DNA of 62,597 nt, the filler included, from Kipferlia bialata (Eukaryota), in NCBI GenBank assembly GCA_003568945.1. It is 6 parts of 6 records of this genome, joined end to end, with 100 filler letters (N's around TTAATTAATTAA, not from the genome) between each part and the next. Parts side by side here need not be neighbours in the genome. Positions count along the whole stretch, not along the records: positions 14,308 to 28,504 come from BDIP01000848.1; positions 28,605 to 37,331 come from BDIP01000849.1; positions 37,432 to 46,158 come from BDIP01000850.1; 3 more parts are not named here. One strand, 5' to 3'. Numbering within the stretch: position 1 is the first letter of the stretch; each line of letters begins with the position of its first letter. The position numbers and the translations under genes were made by a program. The notes beneath the pieces are model-generated. The model searched no databases. It saw only the letters and a program-made list of their open reading frames with translations, and was not told the origin of the DNA. This document shows positions 25,297-37,620 of this stretch, one piece after another.

Positions 25297-26614
25297 AGAT
25301 AGATAGATTGAAAGATTGATTGGTCCTACTCTATGCATGCCACATGTGCTTGAGAATACTGGGGGTAAGATTGATTGATTGACTAATAGAGTAGTAAACA
25401 TATACATACTCTGTTACTGGTACAGTACTAGACATACACTGAAGAAGAATACAAGCAGTATTCTTCTCTGGCCCTATTATCAATCAAATATATGATATGT
25501 ACCTATATACTGTATATAAGTATTTGTATATATGTATATTATACATCTCCCTCTTCTCTGATTGAATACAGAATTCAACTTGAATGCTCTTCCAAAGGTA
25601 TAGTCACCCACATACACCCACTCACACATATATTTATCTCTCTCTCTCTCTATATATGTATATATATACCTCTCCCTCCTCTCAGTATCCATACTCTTCC
25701 ACTCCTCTGCCGGGACAGGGTCAGGCAGCAGGTCCTGGGGTCACATTTACATACATATATATATATATATGTATGTGTGTATACAGACAGAGAGAGAGAG
25801 AGAGAGAGAGATGTTCATCTGCTGGGACAGGGTCAGGCATCAGGTCCTGGGGTTAATCATATATATGTGTATATATTTATATAGGAAGAGAGAGAGATCC
25901 CATCAAATCATGTACTCTGTTGCAGTATATATCACAACTACAACTACATATACATGTATATACATATACTTACCGGATCCATCCCCTCCTCACACACGTA
26001 TGGAGGGGGGGTGGGGGGAGGGATGAAGGTATCTCCACTACAGATATCTTCATGGACTCCATGGCGTGTCTGTGTGTAACCGTCCTCGTAGAGTATCCGA
26101 CAGTGTCTATCCACAGTCAGACTGTGGATAGGCCGAAACAAACGGGCGAAACGCTCGGAGGTTTCATCCATCCAAATAGTGGCCCTATCCAGGATAGGGA
26201 AGGAACCCACACATGCTCTAGGACGGGAATGCTTATCAGCCTCTCTCGCAAGGTCTTTGGCTCTTCCCTAGGATAAGACAGACATTAAGAAGAGAGCTAA
26301 GAATAGTGAAATTCTATAAAGAGATGAGATATCCCTAGGATGAGACAGACCTTAGAGAGAGAGGAGAGGAGAGGTGGAGAACCAGGAGGGAAATGAGAAG
26401 GGGGGGGGGAGTGTGAGAGAGAGATATATACAATTCAATGGCGTACCTCTTCCGACAGGAGCTCCCGCAGCCCTTGGATTCTACAGTCACATTCGTCACG
26501 ATAGCGCGTCAGTCTCTCAATCTCTTCCAGAAGAGACTCATCAATTGGATCCTTGTCTCTAAGTTGATCACACACTAAAGAGACAGTGTGGACAGCGGGG
26601 GTATCCTGCGACAT
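25062..26614 (-). CDS. Hypothetical protein, paralogue A of an inverted pair (4 exons)
   Basis: MSQDTPAVH...DPIDESLLEEIERLTRYRDECDCRIQGLRELLSEE | ...DLAREADK...PPYVCEEGMDP | DLLPDPVPAEEWKSMD | ILKHMWHASRRCLQPRSEEEW...-TGA. Confidence 0.7.
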
Positions 26615-26680
26615 ACGATCCACTACTACAGATATTGCTGCAGCTAAAGAGAGGGAGAAAGGGAAGTGTTCGGAAAGCGC

Positions 26681-26702
26681 AGAATCGGAATATTCCGATT
26701 CT
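26681..26702. promoter_or_regulatory. Perfect 22-bp palindrome AGAATCGGAATATTCCGATTCT in the bidirectional spacer (candidate promoter element)
   Basis: Self-complementary sequence lying between the divergent ATGs at 26614 and 26791. The regulatory function is inferred. Confidence 0.5.
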
Positions 26703-26790
26703 CGATTCCCAACCCTCTGTGCCATCTTATCTTCTTCTTCTCTTAAGCTGCCGTGATACAGTATCGTATCGTATCTTATCGGCTTGACCC

Positions 26791-28111
26791 ATGTCTCAGG
26801 ATACCCCCCCACTCAACATATGGAGACCAGCCGATCCAGTTCACGATGCCATAATTGAGGAGATTGAGCTACTGACGCGGCATCGGGAGCAGTGTGACAC
26901 TAGGATCAAAGAGTTACAGGAGCTTCTGTCTAAGAGGGTGAGGCACAGTACTCCGAGCATAGAGATATTATATAGTAATGTATAGTATATCACGCTGCCT
27001 GGTTGTCTCTCTTTCTCTCTCCCCCTCTCCTCTACTGGGTTGTTTACTTACTTACTCCAGGCAAGAGGCAGAGACCTTGAGAGAGAGGCTGACAAGCTTG
27101 CACTTCCAGCAGTGACTGTGGATATAGAGAGACGCCCTGATTTCTATAGCACTCCCCCCATCCCCTCTCCATACGTGTGTGAGGAGGGGATGAATCCGGT
27201 GAGTAAGCACTAATGCATTAACAGTGATATATTGTAGTCAGTCACTCTTCAGTGTCTCTCTCGCATTTGTCTCTCTCGCATATGTGTCTCAAGGTGAGAC
27301 TCTCAACACGGTTTATGTCACATAATATGTGTGTCTGTCTTCATCTCTCTCTCTCTCTCTCAACATATAGGTATAGATACTCTATGTATACTCTCTTCTC
27401 TCTATATTCTGCCCCCCCACTCTCTCTATGCATATATGCTGCATATATGTATATATGATTAACCCCAGGACCTGACCCTGTCCCGGCAGATGCATAGTTC
27501 TCTCTCTCCCCCCCCCTCTCTCTATATATGTATATATGTATATATATATATATATATGTACTCAGATGACCCCAGGACCTGCTTCCTGACCCTGTCCCGG
27601 CAGAGGAGTGGAAGAGTATGGACATAGAGAAGAGGGAGAGGTACATATAGTATTTCTATCTGAAATATACTTGTAGCATTCAGTATTTGATTGTACTATT
27701 GATAGATCTACTGGATGCTAATATGATTGACAATATGTGTGGACGTGCATGTTCTTTGAGAAGAGGGAGTAAGAAATGTATGTTACTCAATATCTACCAA
27801 TCAGTCTTATGCATAGAATTATCAAGCACATGTGGCATGCATCGAGAAGGAACAATCATTCTATTAATCAATCAATCAATCAATCTATCTACCAATCAAT
27901 CGATCAATCAATCGATCAATCAATCAATCTTACTCTTAGAATTGTCAAGCACATGTGGCATGCATCGAGGAGGAACATCTTTCAGCCACGCACGGACGAA
28001 GAGTATATCCAGTATGAGTGGATGGAGAAGTGGCATCATGAGGACATGGAGAAGAGAGAGAGAGAGAGAGAGAATGATAGAGAGAGAGAGAGCGGGGGAA
28101 GGAGGACATGA
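26791..28111 (+). CDS. Hypothetical protein, paralogue B of an inverted pair (4 exons)
   Basis: MSQDTPPLN...DPVHDAIIEEIELLTRHREQCDTRIKELQELLSKR | ARGRDLEREADK...SPYVCEEGMNP | DLLPDPVPAEEWKSMD | IVKHMWHASRRNIFQPRTDEEY.... Intron positions are the same as in paralogue A. Confidence 0.7.
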
Positions 28112-28604
28112 GGGAGTGGGAGTATAGGGAGTGAGTGAAAGAGTGATGATAGAATAGAATGTAATAATAAAATAAAATAAAATAAAATAAAATGTCCCCC
28201 TGTGAGCGAAGTGACCCTCATTCATGTACAGTAGAAGACAATACTCTATACTGATGCGACACGTGTCGTGGTACACACTAAATACATACTTACAAATATA
28301 TATACATATATATGTGACCTCTGAATCTGTAATCTCTTTGCCATTGGTTGTACTTCTTCTTAGCCTTGCACTACTACTAGTCTACTAATCCTGTAGAGTA
28401 TCGTCTTTCTTGGAAAGACTAATAATAATAATAAGTCAACTCAGTGTCATATTACTGTGCTTTTTGTCATTCATACCCGAACTTCTTTACTAAAACGCTC
28501 GATTNNNNNNNNNNNNNNNNNNNNNNNNNNNNNNNNNNNNNNNNNNNNTTAATTAATTAANNNNNNNNNNNNNNNNNNNNNNNNNNNNNNNNNNNNNNNN
28601 NNNN

Positions 28605-28656
<52 letters not shown>

Positions 28657-28793
28657 TATCTATTTGGATAGAGGGTAGCGAGAGACTGGTCCGAGCATGT
28701 TTTAATTGTACAATAGTACCAGTGGGGGTTGAGTCCCAAGTGTCACATTGTACATCTCTTAGTACATGTGTACATACGCCTATCCCACCCCAG

Positions 28794-30349
28794 GCCATGT
28801 CGACTCCCTCTGACTATGTGCACAGGGTGTCCCTCGCCCCCCTTGCCGCTCTGGACAGTGTGAGGCAGGGTGCCGTGGCCTCGTGCCCTGACCTGTGCAC
28901 CGCTGCGGCACACACCCTACGGAGTGCGGCTAACAGGTATGGGTGGGGGTGTGGGGGTGTGGATAAATGTGTAGTTATGGACAGGCCCTCCTAGTAAGTG
29001 GTCGTAAGTGGTCGTAAGTGGTCGTATGTGGTGGTATGTGGTGGTATGTTGCAGGCATGTATCTATATGTGTGTATGCCGCACCTCTGGCCCTGACCCCA
29101 GTACACTCAGTGCCGAGAGAGCCTGTCTGGCGACAGTGTCTCTGGCCCAGGCCGCTGCTATGCCCTCATCAGGACTTCCACCCCCGGGTATGTATGTATG
29201 TTTGTACGTCATCGTGGTACACCTTTTCCCGGGTCCTATATACTCTCTAACCACAGAGACCCTGGTGTCTCCGGCCGAGCTGTACCGTATGGCGTCTGCC
29301 TCCCTGACCCCTGGGGCCGTGTCGGGGTCTGGCCCCCTCCCCCCCCTGGCCATGCCTCTGTGCTGTGGGGTGGCAGCGGCCATGGAAGCATCGCTGGCCA
29401 TAGGGAGAGGGGTGGGGGTGGGCAGCCCTGCCCCTGTCGCTGCTGTAGAGGGGTCAGAATGGTCACACGAGGTAGAGGGGGCAGGGCATGGGTCGGATAA
29501 GGTGACTGAGGTGGTGGGTTCACATTACAATTACACCTTACATACCAATACTCATTGGGTGTCTGTCCTGATCTGTCCATCCGTCTGTCCCTGACTCTCA
29601 GCTATCCACCTACACCACCAGTGCCATGCACCGGCTGCTGAGGGGTGCTGTGCTGCCAGGGGCCTGCAGACAGAGGGGGAGGGAGAGGGAGGGAGGGCGG
29701 GACAGAGTGACTCTACACACTCACTGCTACGCTGCGGCATCAGATGTACTAAGGTAAGAATAGTACATGGATTAAAGGGCACGCTGTTCCCACCCTCTTC
29801 TGGTGTCTTTGTTTAGTAGTATGTGACATTGACTAAGCTGCATATGACGTTAGGAATACCCTCATAGCCGCTGCTGCCGGTGTCTCCAGCACCTACCATG
29901 CCAGTAGAGATGCAGATACAGATACAGACACAGATGCCCAGGGGGGGTGTCTGCCGAGGGGCGAGGCGCTGCTGAGGGGGGCTGGGTCTGGTGGGTCTGG
30001 TGCGACTGAGAGAGGGGTGGCTAGTCTGAGACAGGGCCTGCTCGACCCCTTCATGCCCGTCCTCTCCCCCTCCTCTGAGAGAGAGAGAGACTACGAGGCA
30101 GCCTGTCTGGACGAGTTACTGCGTGTCTCCCCATACTCCAGTGGCCACCAGGGCGAGGGGGTGTCGGGGGGTGTGAGTACCAGGGCAGTGCTGGCAGGTC
30201 TCAGGTTCCTCCTACGCACACAGGGTGGGGGAGAGGGGGAGGCCGAGAGAGACCTTCGGGGGGTGGTTCACATGGTGCTGTCGATGCATGCCCAGAGTGA
30301 TGAGTGCCCACACTTGGATCAGACCATGGGTCATCTGGGGCTGCAGTAG
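28794..30349 (+). CDS. Hypothetical Ala/Gly-rich multi-exon protein, probably 5'-partial (copy 1)
   Basis: Exons AMSTPSDYVHRVSLAPL... | STLSAERACLATV... | ETLVSPAELYRMAS... | ...SLLRCGIRCTK | ...LLDPFMPVLSP...QTMGHLGLQ-TAG. Confidence 0.55.
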
Positions 30350-30942
30350 GAGAGCGGTGTGTGATACAGTTGCCCATACACCCCATAGATTCACTCCAAA
30401 GAAGCACCATCTTGGTATGGTCACTTCCATACATTGGGACAATGTATATACATGCCTATCTGTTGGGATCTGTGAGGTCTATAATGATCCCCAATTAATT
30501 GAAAATCGTTTCTATTTAACTGCTTCAGACATATCCTGAATATCCGACGACAGAAATCCTTCTATATCTATCTATTCTAGAATCATCATATTGTCTGTCA
30601 TCAGTGTCATTGTAAAACCCCTCCGTAATACCTATATCCTCTCCCTCTCCCTCCTCTCCTTCCTCTTCCTCCTGTGTCTGAGGAATAGGCAGGGTCACCT
30701 CAGTCTCCTCAACCTCTTGGGAGAGGTGGACAGTCTTGGGTCTGACCTTGTCTAGATACGTATCCCTCCAGACAGAGAGAGCGCGTCTGAGAGGCAAGAC
30801 ATAGTCGTTCCTTCCTTGATTTTCAAATCAGTGATACCCGATTTGTGACGGTATCTCTTCACTATCTGGGATCGTATCACCCATTGCCCGACATGGGTGG
30901 GACCTCAACCTACTACCACTTGTATCTGTACTGCATTGAGAC

Positions 30943-32688
30943 ATGGGGTACCGTCTGATGGGTGGGAGTGGTGGAGACACCGCAGTCGTGGGGATGGCCC
31001 ATGCCAAGGAGTCTACTCGCAAGAGGAGACTGGTGGTGGCTGTGGCGGCCCTTACTCTGGTCACCCCCCTGGCTGTGTGTGTGTGTCTGGTGGTGGTGTC
31101 CATGGGAGGAGAGGCAGAGGCAGAGACCCCTCTCCTGGCAGAGCCCTACACAGACAGCCCCTACTCCATGCCGCCACTGCCCTATGCCCTAGACGCCCTG
31201 GAGTCTGCCATGTCGGCACATCAGGTGGGTCATTATCATTGTCATATTGTAACACCCATTAATCCCAAGTCATTGTACAGTGTTATCGACTTGTGTGTAC
31301 TTGGATTCAGCAATTGTAGAGTGGGACCTTGGCCACGACACTCACTGAATGCCTTCTACTTTGAAAGAGTACTTCTATGTGCAACTCACCCAGCTTGATG
31401 TGCACTATAACCAACACCACAGAGGCTACTGCACCAAGATCAATGCTCTGCTAGAAGGTAGAGTCAAACAATATCTGTGTACATATGAATACCGTCATAC
31501 ACAGGTTTCTTAGGTAGAACCACGTGTATTCTCCATAGTACTGTACTGTAATTATATTTATTATTGACTGCATATATTGTATGCATACTCACCATCAGCT
31601 GACCCGATTAGTGCCCACCCCATAGAGTATGTACTAGAGCACATTGAAGACGTGCCAGTCTACAAGAGGCAGCAGGTATTGGGCAGGCCGTTACCATGTT
31701 AAACCATGTGGCGTACCGTCTGCTTCGGCAAGAAATCATACATATATGCATAGATGCCACTATTTGTTGACAGATCACAACACGTTTCTAATTCCCAACA
31801 CTTCGCATCTCTAAGGGTGGTTCTCTCATATTCCTGATAATGGAGACCCACCTAGGTGATCAACTTCGGAGGTGGATATGCCAACCACTCCTTCTTCTGG
31901 GAGAGCCTGTCCCCCACCACACAGGTAGTAGGGTATAATGGACTCTTGCCCGGTCGAACAACCACTCTGCCTAGTAGACTCAAGTGTGTCCCCCAGCTCA
32001 CGTATAGGATGTACCTCTGCACCTGGTGACCCGGATTGAGGCTGCGTTCATGACACCCAGTGCCCTCAAGCGGGAGATGGTTGATCAGGGTATGATCTCT
32101 CACAACTACATTGCTTCCCTTGACAGTTCCGTGTACACCAAAGCCTATCCGGTGCAACGACATACATCGTATCTTACCATAGGTATGCAACTGTTCGGGT
32201 CAGGGTGGGTGTGGCTAGTGGAGAGAAATGGTAGACTAGAGGTCGTCTCGACTATGGCTCAGGTGCGGAGTCTTTGCGAAGATTGAAAATCTGAATCTCT
32301 CCCAATAACCTTTCTGTTACAGCTAGTCTCCGTAACACTCCCACTGTACTGTGGTGTTTCCCGTTCACTGAGTTCACTCAAGGACCGACCTGAAGGTACC
32401 CTCCTCCTGGCACTGGACGTCTGGGAGCACGCATACTACCTGGACTATGAGAGCAGCAGACTGGGATACCTGGAGGTAGTCTATCTACTGCTGTGTACTG
32501 GACTATACATGAGACAGTATGGAAACTGAAGGCTTCCAACACCATAGTGAATGCATTTCCTTCCAATATATATTGGTTACCACTATGTATTATACTCTTA
32601 CACGATACAGTCACCCCAGGCCATCTGGGGCCATATCAACTGGACCCAGGTGGATGCTAGGCTTCTCGTTACAGACACACCGGTGTAG
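30943..32688 (+). CDS. SOD: Fe/Mn-family superoxide dismutase (Mn-type signature) with N-terminal signal anchor, 8 exons (copy 1)
   Basis: Spliced: PYSMPPLPYALDALESAMSAHQ|LDVHYNQHHRGYCTKIN...|VINFGGGYANHSFFWESLSP...|GMQLFGSGWVWLVERNGRLEVVSTMAQ|DRPEGTLLLALDVWEHAYYLDYESSRLGYLE|AIWGHINWTQVDARL...-TAG. All four metal ligands are present. Confidence 0.95.
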
Positions 32689-33122
32689 TGGACACCTAGA
32701 GACTAGATGTAGGAGAGAGTGGTGATGATAGTGGTGATGTGTATATATGGATATATATGAGTGTAGACGCAGAGTTCGGCACACAGACTGGGGCAAAGAC
32801 TCAGGGCCGGTATGCGGCACCCGGTATGCCCATGGTCACAATAGATTTCATTGAATAGAGTGGGAAACTCATCATGTTTGCTGCGTATTCCAGCGTATCA
32901 TATGATGTATAGACTCTATTGCCGATGACCCAAAGTTATGAACACATAAATTGATATACAGGACGCTTTACTGCTAAGGGGAAACTCAAACAGGCGCTGG
33001 CAATGAGACACCAATACAAACACCAAACAACTGGAACTATAACGAAGAGAGTGCGTCCTGTCTGTATGCCTGCTTACTGCATGCCTACTCACCCCTATAG
33101 CTATACACACGCCATGGCCCAG

Positions 33123-36100
33123 CTACACCTGGGTGTCACGTGCCACCTGGGCCTCCTTACGTAGATAGTGGCCTAGGATGTAGGAACATGCTGGGGGTGA
33201 GGAGACTACCTACATAAGCACACTAACATTATCATTCCATATATATAATATTGAAATTTCCAGATAATTGCAATCATTACACTCCATGCCACCCCCAACC
33301 ATCTCCCCCCACCTGCCATGCCCAGCAGCATGAGAGAGGCCGCAACAAAGGGAGACGCCGGGATCCACTTGTACAACTCAGCAGCGGCAGAACCTGATAT
33401 CAGAGGGGTGTACTTGCATACCCCGTATCCTATCCACCTCTCCTGTACCTGCAGGAAGTGCTATCAGGCTGAAGAGCACGTGGCCTCCGGCAAGTTGGGA
33501 GGCACGCCTAGGGGTGAGGGAGAGGGGCACGAGGAAGGGTATTTCCATCACCATTCCTTGTCCAACCCTGCCTCATATCCACACATCTCCATCTACATAA
33601 CTTACCTCTCGTCCTCCAGCATGTCTATATATATATATATATATATGTATACATATACCATGGGCCTCATGACCACACTAATATACATACTAAATATACA
33701 CATATATATATATGACACTATATATATGTATACATACATACAGTACCTCTCGTCCTCCAGCATGTCAGACCACAGGGTGTCTACCATGGGCCTCATCACC
33801 GCTATGCTGATGCCGTCCAGTAGAACAGCTGTGGCCAGCAGAGGCACATAGTAGCTGGGGGTGGGAGGGGTGTCACAAGACGTGGAATGCGATGAGCTAA
33901 AGTCCCACAAGTAGCCGTAAAAGATAGAAGGCACTTCAAATACAGTATATACACGCATATATCGAAGAGAAGCGTACTGTGTCTCTAGCACCACCAGGAG
34001 CGATACTGCCACAGCGCCTATGAGTAGACCCAGAGACAGGGCCTGGGGCACAAGGCGGGGGGGGACCCTGGGGATCACTGGGGTCAGGGGTATGGGGGTG
34101 AAACAAGTGATGCAATAACGAGATGATGATACATCACCATGCCCCATCCCTCTACCAGCCATACACACTCTCTTCACACACACATATATAGTAGTACACA
34201 CACACTCATATATATATCTATCTGTACCTAGGAGCAGCATCACGATGGTGGTTGCAGCCATTCCCATAGCCACTGGGGTGAGGGGGGAATAGAGGAGGAG
34301 GGATAGACATGTGTTGTATCATCCTCCGCACCTAGGCTGACCCCTCTGTCGGACACTCCGACAGTCTTGACCAGATAGTCATAGTAGAAGAGCGGCTTGA
34401 AGATGACATAGAACTGTACACCGGCGGCAAGGCCTAGACAGTAGCGCCTGAGGTTACGACAGGTCACGCGACATGTATGCATGCATGTATGAATGAATTC
34501 GGAGAGTGGGAGGGAAGGTCCGGCCAAGAGTATGCAGAGTGAAGACTACTGCACTCACATTGGCGTTGTGGACACAAAGTATCGGAAGGCAGCAGACAGA
34601 CCACCCCACATGGTCTCAGCCTCAGTGACTGAGTCAGCCCCAGCCTCAGTAGGGGCCTCAGTCTCTGTCTCGCCCGTGACACCAGCCTCTCTATCCTCTC
34701 CTTCCACCCCCATATCAGATGCGGCAACCCCACCCACCACCTCCGTATGGGTGTCTGTATCCATACCCAGTATAGATGTGCCACTCTTGCCTTCTGAGGT
34801 GTCAGGGAGTACCAAGGCCTCTGTCGATACAGGTAGGGCATCTGCCACTACACTGGTACTGGTGCTGTCAGAGCTGTTGTCACATACCTCACACACGTCT
34901 GATATACCTTCCCCCTCCCCTCTCTCCTCCTTGACATCACCAGTCACAGTATCAGTCACAGGGACCTCCTCCCCTCCCTCCGACTGGGTCTCTCTCTCTC
35001 TCTCTCCCTCTCCCTCTGTCACATCCAGGATGGTATGAGTACTGGGAAGACAGGCCCCTGCCCCCTTGGCGTGTGCCCCTGCCTTGGCCCCCCTCTCTCT
35101 CTCCCACATGCAGTGTCTGATGCTGAAGGTGGTGGTCATGATGGCAGCACTCGACAGGAGCAGTATCCTCTCCCCATCCACCAGGCCGTACTTGTCGACC
35201 ACCCACCCGCCGATCGGTGTGAACAGACCCCCCACCAGCAGAGTGAAGTGGAATCCACTGGGTGAGGGAGGGGGGGGGAGACGGATACAGACGGGAGAGA
35301 CACACAACAAGATAATGGATACGTAATGTGGTGTGGCAATGGGAACACCCACATGGACTGAGGGGGTCCCTACAATACAGAGTATCCTAGTGATATGATC
35401 TACGATATGTCGGGTGTATGGAGCACCGGAAGTACGTTGACCAGTCTCACATATATAGAACAGTATGTCATAACAATGCAGCGTATCATACTATGATACC
35501 TGAAGTTGACCAGCCTCTGTGGGGAGGTAGCCTTCTCTGTCAAGAGACACATGAAGGACACATACACAACCTGGGGGTGAGACCGGTGGGGTGTGTAAGT
35601 GTGTAAGTGTCTAAGGGTCTATGTGCACGGAGAGGATGACTGATGACTGAGTGTGACTGGTGGCATGAGAAAGAAGACGGGAGAGTTTCATTGGCGTTGT
35701 ATGTGCCACCTCTGCCTAACCATACTTGTTGATATATATATACTTGTTGATATACATATACTTGTTGATATATATATACTTGTAGCTATATATATACTTG
35801 TTGATATATATAGACTTGTTGATATATATATACTTGTTGATATATATATACTTTTTGATATATATATACTTGTTGATCACCTTGTTGATGCCGTTGAGTA
35901 TGCCCCCCACTATCTGCCCGTAAATGGTGTCACTCAGTGCCCAGAACAGGTCGGCTCCTGGGGTGAGGGGGGCAGACTACCATCAGACTATCATCAGACA
36001 GAGACACAGACAGTCACTGTGCCATCAGATACTGATACTGATACAGTCACTGTGCCACAGTCACTGTATGCTGTATCCACCTGGCCAGGACAGGATGTCA

Positions 36101-37194
36101 AACAGGATCACGGTGGCCTCACGCCCTGGGGTCAACGGAACAGAATAGAGATGGAAGTATAGAGTCAATGGAAGGAAAGGTGGCACACACACAGACATGA
36201 CTACTGGAGTGTGATACACACAGACATCCAGACACATGTGCGTACCATACTTGTCGGCCAGATATCCAGAGACGAGGGACGCGAATATCTGTGTGGTCAT
36301 GAGAATGGTTTGGTAGATACCAACCTAGGTGAGGGGGGAGGAGGGTTGGCATGTATATATCATATGTTGGGGGGTATGGGACATGGTAAGTATACGTACT
36401 AATACCTATCACACCTATGCTGATATTATATATTGGAGATGGTGCATACAACACAACAAAGTACACATATCCCTGTATATATACTCAGCGGTAAGTGAAT
36501 GGCGCCATCAGACATAGGAATATGCACCCCCCACCCCCCCTGTCTCTCTGTGATGCCTAGCTCCAGCAGTATATATGAGACCGTGTATACTGTACAGATA
36601 TATTGTTTATGTATATATATCTAATACCTGTCTCTCTGTGATGCCTGGCCCCAGCAGTATATATCATATATAATATATATGAAGCATATGTAAGTATAGT
36701 ATAAACAGTATCATTATCTATATTCTTACCTGTCTCTCGGTGATCCCTAGCTCCAACAGGTACATGGTGAAATAGACCTGAGGGGAGATATGTAGAGAGA
36801 GAGAGAAGGTCACCAATATGGTAATCAATGCAAGAGAGAGAGGATGGGAGGCGGGGAGAGAAGGGTTGAGAGCCAAGGAAGGATCACCCACTTCTCCGCC
36901 CCCTCCTTACCCTCACATTACATTGTAGGGATACATATGTATATATATATATATGTATATATATACATATCCACCCACCACCACATTGTTGTAGGGCAGG
37001 CTGAAGAAGGGGGTGATCAGGTTATCATGTATAGTATATAGTATATAGTATATTGTATATATATAGTATATACATACCACCACATTGTTGTAGGGCAGGC
37101 TGAAGAAGGGCCCCGTGAGAGTGGCCACCACCCCATTATGAGACATGTGCCGCAACAGGGGCAGGCTGGACACAGACTGGAAGACCCGGCCCAT
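33123..37194 (-). CDS. Major facilitator superfamily transporter, multi-exon (copy 1)
   Basis: Motif A-like QIFASLVSGYLADKYG|REATVILFDILSW, GGLFTPIGGWVVDKYG, many hydrophobic segments and an acidic central loop (about 34600-35030). Ends HYLRKEAQVARDTQV-TAG. Confidence 0.85.
35722..35890. repeat. Intronic 18-bp minisatellite (ATACTTGTTGATATATAT, about 9 units)
   Basis: Directly visible. The unit contains the last 9 nt of the adjacent MFS exon (ATCAACAAG on the minus strand). Duplicated at 44549-44717. Confidence 0.9.
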
Positions 37195-37431
37195 CTGGGG
37201 TCAGGGACATACACGGAGAGGCAGAGGCACGAGGGAGAGAGAGATACATGGAGGAGAGGGGGTTGTGAGAGTGAGAGCCTCCCAGAGACTATGGGGGGGG
37301 GGGGGGGGGGGACAGAAAGGTAACCCCCCCANNNNNNNNNNNNNNNNNNNNNNNNNNNNNNNNNNNNNNNNNNNNTTAATTAATTAANNNNNNNNNNNNN
37401 NNNNNNNNNNNNNNNNNNNNNNNNNNNNNNN

Positions 37432-37483
<52 letters not shown>

Positions 37484-37620
37484 TATCTATTTGGATAGAG
37501 GGTAGCGAGAGACTGGTCCGAGCATGTTTTAATTGTACAATAGTACCAGTGGGGGTTGAGTCCCAAGTGTCACATTGTACATCTCTTAGTACATGTGTAC
37601 ATACGCCTATCCCACCCCAG

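Larger units (their letters stand above)
28605..37331. repeat. 8,727-bp contig, copy 1 (apparently identical to 37432-46158)
   Basis: Every ORF in the track recurs with offset +8827. Both copies have the same ends and are bounded by linkers. Confidence 0.97.

Noticed and set aside
30943..32688. Genome-wide alternative genetic code (TGA=Trp or TAR=Gln)
   Set aside because: Conserved Trp residues in SOD use TGG, the confidently spliced SOD, HAS1 and PAM16 exons have no internal stops, and TAA, TAG and TGA all appear as terminators.
34493..35038. 181-aa Ser/Thr/Pro-rich plus-strand ORF (mucin-like)
   Set aside because: It is the antisense shadow of the acidic loop exon of the MFS transporter.
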